Below, one piece after another: positions 23,632-33,045 of a DNA stretch of 64,000 nt. Numbering within the stretch: position 1 is the stretch's first letter; every line of letters starts with the position of its first letter. The notes under the pieces are model-generated. The model was not told the DNA's origin. It searched no databases and was given only the letters and a program-made list of their open reading frames with translations. This DNA comes from Azolla caroliniana (Eukaryota > Plantae > Polypodiophyta): assembly GCA_043228905.1 (NCBI GenBank), contig JBHGNT010000014.1:10540001-10604000 (forward strand), given 5' to 3'. A program made the translations under genes and the position numbers.

Positions 23632-26384
23632 ATGGACCCGCAAACGCTGTCGGAAGCCGCCAAGACATGGCTAAAGCAACACGGGCTCAAGGGCTTCTTG
23701 ATGATGATGGAAGTACCGCCACACAAAGAAGCCGACAAGGTGATCAAAGAAATCGACACAGAGGTCATAATAGCAGAGGCGATTCGAGCGTTAACAGGCC
23801 TCCCGGAGGGAGGCATACTCACGATTGACAATCCGACCCCAGAGCAACTCATCAGGTATTATGGTGAGTACTCTCTAACCAGCAAGGGCTACCGAACACA
23901 GGGCAACAGATATATGCTATTCCGCGAGATTGCTTGTGTGGTCCACGAATACGGCCATGTGTACCCAGACCCCCTGTCATGCCGCAGAACCAGGCAGGGA
24001 TGATCATCGCCACCTACGAAGGGATCAAGGTGGATTGGCCGGTATTGATCGCAGACGGGTTGTGTGCGGCGATCGAGATCGTCAGAGGCAAAGACGACAA
24101 AGAAGGCAGAGACGGATGGAGGATATGGCACGCCGTAACGCAGTGGCTCACCTTGCTTGTGCCACCCGTCCAGCCCGTCCAGCCCAAGAAGCGAGGAAGA
24201 GTGGCGGACGGCACCCCAAAGACGGCTTCCAAACGACAACAGCTATTGGCCTCTAAGGCCACTAAGGGGAAGGCGGCGGACGCAGAACAGGCGGGAAAGG
24301 AGAGCGGCAGCCGGAAGCGGCCAACGGATGCGCAGGAGGAACCACCGGCACGGCCCATAAAGGTTACACTCCGCCGACCGGTGAATAGAGAAGCGGACCC
24401 CTTGGCAGCAAAACTCAATGTCGGGACTCAAGAAGAGGAAATAGAGGAGGAGCCTACGGAGCACCTCCAGCGACGGTCGTCGGCAAGGACCGTTGAGGCA
24501 GCCGGGAAACGTTCGGACCCTCAGACGGAGGGAACACCGGCTCCCCATACTGAGACTCCCACGCCAAGGGAGGAACCGGAACCGGTGCGCATGGCACCGG
24601 CATCACCACCGACAACACCAGCAAGTCCCATTCCGCTAGAGCCGGAAAGGTCAATACAGCCTCCCTCGGCCAACCAAGAAGAAGCGCAAGGGGAACCAGG
24701 ACAGCAGGGTGGTCCACGGGCAAAAACGGAATTGCAACTCGGCGCAACCAGGCGGCACCACCCATCTACAAGTGAGCCCATCTGTCAAACCTCCGTGCAA
24801 GCACAACAATGCACCGGTAGCCTGTGGCTCCGGTGGATAGGTGAACAGATAGCCGGAGCAGTGGGGTATATTGAGGCGGAAGAAAGAGCGCAAAGCGAAC
24901 GGTTGCTCGTCACAACCGAACAACTAGAGACGGCCCGGTCCAGAATTCGGTGCCTTGAAAAAGACTTGGATCAGGTCACGACAGAGATGGCCAAAATGGC
25001 CTTAAAGGCAACACAGATCCAATCACCGGTGACTCCGGTAAGTGTACAGAATAAAGAAATGGATCGACCTGTACATACCAATAAGACCCTGGCAACGGAA
25101 ACCGTTCCGGCGAGAGATGCGGCGCAAGCCCAGGAGCTTGCGGAATTGAGAGATGAACTTGCCGCACAAGAAGCGCTAAGGAGCCGTGAACGGGAATTGA
25201 AGACAGTGGCCGAAGCCGAATTAAAGAAGACTGCTGAGAACCTCCGACGGGCAGAGGAGAGCCTCCGGAAAGGCCATCAAGCGTACGACCGGCTAAGGGA
25301 GGAAAAAGACAAAGTGCTGCAGGAAAAGGACAAGCTACAGAAGACGGCGGAAACGGAAATTGAACGGCTGAAGGAAGAGCTCCGCCAGCAGAAGGACCGC
25401 GAGGACCAGGCCCGTCGACAGATCAACACATGGCTCAAGCAAAAGACAGATGATTTTGAGCACCTGCACCGGGACTACAAACGGCTGGAAACAGAGCATA
25501 AGGAACGGTTGGCCGAGCTCCAGCAGGAAGTTGATCGGGCCGCGACGGCGATCGCCGACGAACGTGCGGAAAATACAAGACGCTTGGACGAGGCGGAGAA
25601 GGTCCGGATGGAGCTCCAGAGGCAACAGCATGAAGAAAAGGAGAGAGCGTCAATGGTATTGCAGAAATTACAAGGCACATATCAAAGGCAATTGACGCAT
25701 TACAAGGAGCAGGTGCAGGACAACGTCAAAATCATCAAGCAACTGAAGGAGGAACGGCAAGCGGCGGAAAGCAAATCGCAATTGGGAACGGGCCGGATTC
25801 AGTCCATCCTCCGGGCATGGTTGAATCAGACAAAACACTTGATTGATGAAAGCTCCGTAAGATGGTGGACAAAGTGGGCACAAAACGCGGCGGAACTCTA
25901 ATTGCTACGGGCAGATGTGGCAAACCGGCGGAAGGAAGGAGATGATTGTTATACGTTGACTTCCGAGGACTTCACCGCCATACAGGACGAGCTGGCCGAC
26001 GAGTTCCAAGTCCTGGCGGATGAACAGCTGGCGTAGGTCCGGCAACTCGTAGCTCAGCTAGACGATGATAGGCTGGACGCTCAAATCCAGTTTGAAAGCT
26101 ACGAGCGGTCCCGGGTTCGGGAAGCGGCAACGGTTAACCTTAGTGATGAGGAACCGTCGCTGGCCGAGGGCCAGCCCGGAACCAATCAACCGGAGAGCAC
26201 TACGACAGAGGGAGCAACGACGCAGACGCCGGTGTCAGAGCAACAAACGGAGGAGCAGCCGCAGCAGCCACCAACGAACCCGTCGCAGCAGACATCAACA
26301 GAGCAGCAACAACAACAACCAATTCCAGATGAACCATTGGAGACTCTCAAACAAAGCATTCTGGATATTTTGGACGAAGAATAG
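23632..26384 (+). pseudogene. Accessory ORF (~900 codons when reconstructed) between integrase and 3' LTR: globular N-terminus, P/E-rich linker, long coiled coil
   Basis: ATG at 23632, one frameshift near 23965 into ORF 23934-25901, then the same frame continues through stops at 25899 and ~26034 to TAG at 26382-26384. Confidence 0.8.
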
Positions 26385-27240
26385 CAAGGGTCGGTTGTGG
26401 ATTCGACGTACAAGGTACTGTCCCACGGGCGTGCCATGTGTTACCGGCCGGCAAAGGAGTTCAGAGTGTGAAACGGGGAGTTATTTAAGTAGTAGGAATG
26501 TGGTTGTAATTAAGCTATGAGTGTGGACGAACGGACCAGAATCGGTATGCCGTTCCGGATCCGGACCGATCCCGAACAGGTGTGAATGGCACCGTTTTGT
26601 AATACAGACCGAAAACCTATTTAAAGGCCCGGATACAATGTAATGAGGAGCGGTTAATTAATCAAGCTTAGTGTTGTTATCTCTCTGTGTTAATTGCCGT
26701 TCTGCCTTCATTGTTATATCTTACGCGTGTGATTATTAAAGACGATCATGCTAAGTAACCTAATTAAGTCGGATTAATCGTTGAGTCTAATCCTGTTGCC
26801 GTAACACCCCTTTGGTGAAGTGTCTTCCGTAGACACCCTGTGTTAGGCCATTGTCCGGCCCTAAGAGTTAACACATTTTTGCACAGGTTTTCGGGAGGCC
26901 GACTCTGCTTCAAGGAACGCCCGTGTGCTTCCGACAGAGTCTCCATCTCGCTCTTCTGTGTGTGTGAGTAAACAGGCGTCGGTGTTCGCCTTGCCGGCCT
27001 GTTAGTTGTAACTGTCTCGATATATATACATATATTAATATACATACGTGTTCATATACTCGGACTTCTAGTCGTCTCGTTTTGCGGTGTTGTTGGACTG
27101 TGATTCCTGTGTGCTCCTATGTCTGTGCGTGTGCAAGAGCGTCCGTTGCCTTTCCGCTCTCCTCCTTCTCGGCTATTTCTCGGTCCAAGACCCCGATGGT
27201 CCCGCCTTGTTTCCCCACGCACGCGCGTAACAACACGACA

Positions 27241-29776
27241 ATGAAGTCACATGCTGGATCGCAGTACTTCGTGACGTTCATAGATGACCACAACTGGAAG
27301 TTGTGGGCCACACCATTGAAGATGAAGGATCAGGTGTTATCTGTCTTCAAGGAGCTCCACGCGAGAGTGGAAAGAGAAACTGGCCGGAAGCTGAAGGCGG
27401 TTCGAGCAAATAACGGAGGTGAATACCGGGGGCAGTTCGAGGAGTACTGTCGCTCGAAGGGAATCCGGCTCGAATTTACCGTGCCGAAGACGCCGGAACT
27501 AAACGGGTTGGCCGAGAGGATGAACCGGACCATAATGGAGAGGGTTCAGAGTATGTTGGCGCATGCAAAACTACCCAAGAAGGTTTGGGCTGAGGCACTG
27601 TCAACGGCGACATATGTGATAAACAGATCACCCTTAGTACCCTTGGACGAAGACACGCCACAGAGAGTCTGGACCGGTAAGGAAGTGTCCTACCGGCATC
27701 TGAAGGTATTCGGGTATCTTGCGTATGTGCATGTAGCTAAGGACCGGAGAGGAAAACTAGATCCGAAGACCCGGCCATGCATATTCCTCGGTTACGGCGA
27801 CGATGAGTTCGGCTACCGAGTGTGGGACCTAATCGACAAGAAGATATTCCGGAGTCGAGATATTATCTTCATGGAGGACAAGACGTTCGCCGACTGGGAG
27901 TCGGAGAAGAAGATAATGAACTCTGAGTCGACCGGTAAGGATCGATTCTACAATGAGCCGACCCAACTGACAAGAGACCGGTTAGCACGCGAGGAACCAG
28001 CCAGTTACGGTGAGGATACCGAACCGGCAGAAGAAGAAGTAGAGGAAGCTGAAACCGGAACCGGCCAAGGCCCCGAATCGGATTCGGATGAAGAGCAAAT
28101 GGAGGAGCCGGTTACCGAAGCCCAGAGATGGAGATATCCTCTCAGAGAGAGAAGGGCCCCCCGGAGATTTCCAGATGCAGAGCATGTGCTGCTAACCGAT
28201 GAGGGGGAGCCAGAAAGCTTTGAAGAAGCGAAGGATGACACCCACAGCCGAAAATGGTTAAGTGCCATGCAGGATGAGATGGATTCCCTGCATGAGAACC
28301 ATACGTACGAATTGGTGGAGTTGCCGAAAGGAAAGCGGGCACTCCAAAACAAGTGGGTGTACAAGTTGAAACCGGGAGATGCCAGCAACCCCCCGAGATA
28401 CAAAGCCAGGATCGTGGTGAAGGGGTTCCAGCAGAAGAAGGGCGTGGACTTCGACAAGATATTTGCCCCGGTAGTAAAGATGACCTCCATCCGGACGGTG
28501 CTGAGTACAACGGCAAGCATGGACCTCGAGCTAGAGCAGCTGGACGTGAAGACGGCATTCCGTCACGGTGACCTCGAAGAGGATATTTACATGCAGCAAC
28601 CGGAAGGATTCGTGGAGAAAGGGAAGTAGCACCTGGTATGCCGGTTGAAGAAGAGCCTGTACGGACTGAAGCAGGCTCCCCGACAATGGTACCGGAAGTT
28701 CGACTCCTTCATGACCGATCAAGGGTACCACAAGACACAGGCCGATCACTGTGTGTTTGTGAAGAAGTTCGAAGGAGGCGACTTCCTGATACTCCTTGTA
28801 CGTGGACAACATGTTGATTGTCGGACGGGACCAAGCCAAAATACGGATGCTGAAGAAGGCTCTCAACCGGACCTTCTCAATGAAAGACTTGGATCCGGCA
28901 AGATAGATGTTGGGGATGCATATCATCCGGAACCGGCCAACAAAGCAATTGTGGTTGTCACAGGAGAAGTATGTGACAAAGGTGCTTCAGCGGTTCAACA
29001 TGTTAGAAGCGAAATCGGTCGGATCGACACTCCCAGCAAACTGCAAATTGTCCGGTAAGCAAAGCCCGAAGACGAAAGCAAAGAAGGATGATATGATGAA
29101 GGTTCCATATGCCTCTGCCATCGGGAGCTTAATGTACGCAATGGTGTGTACCCGACCGGATATAGGATACGCAGTCGGAGTGGTGAGCCGGTTTATGAGC
29201 AATCCCGGCAAGGAGCACTGGAACGCGGTCAAATGGATACTCCGGTACTTGAAGGGCACTTCAAATATGTGTCTCCGATTCGGCTCCGGTAAACCTCAAC
29301 TTGACGGTTTTACCGATTCGGACATGTCAGCTGATGTGGATACCAGCCGGTCTAGATCCGGGTATGTAATGACATATGCAGGGGGAGTTGTTTCGTGGCA
29401 ATCAAGGCTGCAGAAGACGGTTGCGTTGTCAACCAGGGAGGCGGAGTACATGGCGGTTGTGGAAGCTGGCAAGGAAATATTATGGATGAAGGACTTCATC
29501 GGAGAGCTCGGTATCCGACAAGATGAATACTGGCTCTATTGCGACAATCAAAGTGCCATCCACCTTGCTAAGAATGTGGCCTACTATTCCCGGACGAAGC
29601 ATATACAGCAAAGGTATCACTGGATCCGGGAAAAAGTAGATGACCAAGAGTTCGTGCTGACGAAGATCCACACAGCCGAGAACGGGTCAGATATGCTGAC
29701 CAAAGTACTGATACCCAACAAGCTTGATGCATGCCAAAAGCGGATCAGACTAGTAAGACATCCCATGCCGGAGTGA
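27241..29776 (+). pseudogene. copia integrase-RT-RNase H (3' part of outer copia)
   Basis: YFVTFIDD, TPELNGLAERMNRT, LDVKTAF, SLYGLKQAPRQWY, LYCDNQSAI. Confidence 0.95.
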
Positions 29777-29786
29777 AGGGGGAGTT

Positions 29787-30484
29787 TCTTAGGAAACAGG
29801 TCCCTCCGGATGGGAAGTGAGAAGAACCGGATGACAAGTACCCGGCTACGGAAGACCCAGTGAGAACCAGATGATGAGTACCCGGCTACGGAAGACCCTA
29901 TGAGAACCGGATGACGAGTACCCGGCTACGGAAGACCCGGTGCGAACCGGATGACGTGTGCCCGGCAAGCGCCGGATGATGCAGGCCCGGTGAGGAGTGC
30001 TCACCGGATGAAGGGACATATTCGGAAATATGTTTCTGAGAGTCCATCGGGGCTATATTTGTAAATAGCCGAAAAGTCATATTAGTATAAATATGACTTA
30101 GGGCAAACTTTAGTAATGTGTGTTGTCATTCTTGTTGGCGCAAAATTAGAGTGCAACAGTGTACAGAGAGAGAGAGAAAGAAAGAAACGAAGAGGTCATT
30201 GCCTCTGTTGTAACCGCCGCCTGTGGCGAAGATCGTGAGCACGAGGTCGTTGCCTCCATGAGCTCACTTGTGTAATCATTGTGATATAGTGATAGTTTGC
30301 AGTCTGTGGGCTGCCATGGTTTTTCCCTAGTTTGGGTTTTCCACGTTAACATCCTGTATTCTCTTTTCTTTCCTATGTACTCTTCTCTCCATTGTGTCGT
30401 GCCTTCATTCCCGTTTTTTTTGTGTTTGATTCTAAGCTTGGTTGTGGCCGAGCGTTGTTCATTGGGAGCGCGTAGTTCCTGTCA
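29787..30484 (+). repeat. 3' LTR of outer copia
   Basis: Follows the PPT, matches 9132-9762, and is followed by TSD CAATT. Confidence 0.93.
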
Positions 30485-31066
30485 CAATTAAGCTCCTAAG
30501 CAAAACACAAGTTTGTAAAGGCTTGGTCATTACCACTTACAAAAGAGAGTCCAAGAAATCAACTTTGAAAAAATTTGTATAGATAATTTGGATTAAGGAA
30601 TTAAAAGTACAAGAGGCCTTGCACTAGGTAGCTATTTCTTTATTAAAAAAGAAGACATAATTAATTAGCCAAAAAAGAAATCTGAAAGTAAATGTCATAA
30701 ATATGACTTTAGTGATTGTTTGCCTTGACAGTCAACAAATCTCTGTTAAAAAGTATTGCAGATTCAATTATATTTTTTCAATGAGAATAATTGCATATGT
30801 TGGAGATTCCGTTCATTTAGAGCTAAACTAAATGTCTTCCGCATATTGATTGAGGGAGATAACCAATTGACATAGAATGAGAAACTTAATTTTGTGCAAG
30901 TTTTCCGTGCTTCAATAGCTCAGTCCACTAGAGCATATGGCAGTTAACCATAAAGTCGGAGGTTCAAGCCCTCCTTGGAGTGACATGTCAAGGTTAGATT
31001 TTCAACCCATGTACTTGAACCTATAAATGTGAACTATATATAAACCACATAAATATATGATGATTG
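30485..31066. repeat. Continuation of the tRNA-bearing tandem repeat
   Basis: Joins seamlessly to 9131 when the copia is removed and aligns with ~4705-5215. Confidence 0.9.
30909..30982 (+). pseudogene. tRNA-Asn(GTT) pseudogene
   Basis: GCTTCAATAGCTCAGTCCACTAGAGCATATGGCAGTTAACCATAAAGTCGGAGGTTCAAGCCCTCCTTGGAGTG. T arm is intact; D loop and U33 are mutated. Confidence 0.82.
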
Positions 31067-31264
31067 TGATGAAAATAGTGCTCGGCCACAACCGAGTCTC
31101 AATCGCACATTGGAAGAAAACAGAAAACAGAAATAAGACGACACAAAATATTAATGTGGAAAACCCTAATCTTGAAAATCACGGGAGATCTCGGAACCCT
31201 AATCCACTATAGAGGCAATGACCTCGAGCTCTTAGCCTTCACGAACAGGCGGCTACAAACAAAA

Positions 31265-31316
<52 letters not shown>

Positions 31317-31770
31317 GTCTCTCTATGTCTCTCAATGTCTCTCATTGTGTACAACAACAAAAATGACAACAACTCTAACCTATTTTCCCTAAGTTATATT
31401 TATACTTATATAACTGATCATCAATCTGATCTGTCTCCCCCTGCACTCCGGTATGGGGTCCTCATCAATCTGATCTGTCTCCAGCATGCGTCCAACTTGT
31501 TGGCTGACAGCACCTTGGTCAACATATCCGACCCATTCTCCTCTGTATGGATCTTCATCAACGAAAATTCTTTATCTTCTACCTTCTCTTGGAGCCAAAG
31601 ATATCTCCTCTAGATGTGCTTAGTCCGAGAGGGTAGGCCGCATTGACTATCGCAGTAGAGCCGACATTCCTCCTGTCGGATTCCTTGTTATCCGATGAAG
31701 TCCTTCATCTAGATTACTTCCTTGTCGGGTTCCACGGTAGCCATGTACTCCGCTTCTGTTGTCGACAATG
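31067..31770 (-). mobile_element. 3' remnant of a copia element (end of RNase H, PPT, 3' LTR ~31067-31423)
   Basis: Minus strand reads LSTTEAEYMA...KIHTEENGSDMLTKVL. GGGGGAG tract, LTR with TGATGA/TCATCA ends and a (CT)n run. Confidence 0.8.
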
Positions 31771-31849
31771 ATTTTTCACATTAAAGTTTTTTCACTTTTT
31801 CAAGTTTTTACCTTTTTCAAAATTTCAACTTTTTTATTTTTGATGTTTT

Positions 31850-32870
31850 TTCTTCTCATCATTCTTCTTCCAACCAAGCCTTCTCCTTACTCAAATCTGA
31901 ACATTATTTCTGAATCGTTCTTCTATCTCTGATTTGAACCTTATGCATGAATCATTGTCTTAACCCAGATTTCATGCTTCATCTTTCAATAGTTCTCATA
32001 ACATCATGGTTGAAGCTTCTCCCATGAATCATTATTCTAGCTCGGATTTGAAGCTTCTTCCAACCCCAATCTTTTCCACTCAGATTTGAAGCTTCTTCCA
32101 ACACCAATCTTCTGCACTCAGATTTGAAGCTTTGGCTAACATGAGTCCTCCTATCTCTGATTTGAAGATTCTTTGTTGAAACAGATGCGGTTCATTGATT
32201 AGGAAATTTCTTCCTCATGTTTATATTTCTTCTCATATTCTCATGTAGATTTCTTTCATGTTCTTCTTTCTTCTCATATTCTCATTTCCAACATGAGTCT
32301 TCCTATCTTCGATTTGACGTTTCTTCCATGAATAGTAAGTGGTTCATAGATAGGGGAGATGTTTCCTTATGTTTATCTTTCTTCTCATCTTCTCATGTTC
32401 ATTTTTCTTTCCTGTAGATTTTTTTTATGTTCATCTTTCTCATGTAAATCTTTTTCATGTTCATCTTTCTTCTCTATTCTCATCTAGATATTTTTCATGT
32501 TCATCTTTCTTTTCTTATTATCTTGTTCATCTTTCTCTTCAAGGGTTTTTTCATGTTCATCTTTCTTCTCTTATTCTCATGTCCAATATAAGTATTCCAA
32601 TCTTCGATTTTAAGGTTCATCTATGAATCATAAGCGGTTCATACATAGAGGAGCTTCTTCCGCATTTTCATCTTATTTTTCATATTCTCGTGTTCATCTT
32701 TCTCTTGTGGATTCTTTTCTTGCTCATCTTTCTTCTCGTATTTTTGTGTTCATCTTTCTCATGTATATTATTTTCATGCTCATCATTTTTCTCGTATTCT
32801 CATGTTCATCTTTGTCATGTAGATTTTTTGCATGTTCACCATTCTTCGTATATTTCATCATTTTAATATA
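31850..32870. repeat. Low-complexity degenerate repeats (~39-bp cagatttgaagcttcttccaac... units, then catgttcatctttct units)
   Basis: Motifs visibly reiterated. Lies upstream of the transposase remnant and may be its 5' non-coding region. Confidence 0.6.
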
Positions 32871-33045
32871 TAAAACCATGGTTTCCTTGTATATGATTTT
32901 TTTATGTGATTCCTTGTCATATTCAAATTTTTTATGTTGCACGTTTATCTTTCTTCCTTTATTTCTTGCTTTTCATATTTGATATCATGTTATCATTGGT
33001 TATGAAATTACTAATACAACTCTTGTTGATTAATTATGCTTGCAG

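Larger units (their letters stand above)
17011..26873 (+). mobile_element. Ty3/gypsy non-chromovirus LTR retrotransposon with an extra 3' ORF, inner element of the nest
   Basis: LTRs 17011-17445 and 26439-26873, TSD CATTT, PBS TGGCGACCAC (tRNA-Arg-like) at 17453. Order gag-PR-RT-RH-IN. No chromodomain or second RNase H recognised. Confidence 0.96.
11271..27240 (+). mobile_element. Ty3/gypsy LTR retrotransposon, tRNA-Trp primed, middle element of the nest
   Basis: 5' LTR 11271-11965. 3' LTR starts at 16939, is split by the inner element, and ends at 27240. PBS TGGTGAACCCGACGTGAA at 11970-11987 is complementary to plant tRNA-Trp. Flanks ACGA/ATGA. Pol motifs YKTVDRKVRPV, LPQGGTNS, PFLDDIPI. 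Confidence 0.95.
9132..30484 (+). mobile_element. Ty1/copia LTR retrotransposon (Tnt1/Tork-like), outer element of the nest
   Basis: LTRs 9132-9762 and 29787-30484, TSD CAATT on both sides, PBS TGGTATCAGAGC (tRNA-iMet) at 9765-9776, PPT GAGTGAAGGGGGAG. Domain order gag-PR-IN-RT-RH. Confidence 0.97.

Noticed and set aside
23632-26384. Envelope (env) gene of an endogenous retrovirus-like element
   Set aside because: No signal peptide or transmembrane helix is evident; the protein is hydrophilic and coiled-coil.
27082-27240. N-terminal extension of the 515-aa integrase ORF
   Set aside because: This part is the nested element's LTR, open by chance upstream of the interrupted copia integrase.
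4241-30982. Functional tRNA genes
   Set aside because: Every copy has stem mismatches or lost conserved residues, so all were called pseudogenes pending tRNAscan-SE.
32217-32982. F/S/H-rich ORFs as membrane proteins
   Set aside because: Translations of low-complexity CATGTTCATCTTTCT repeats.
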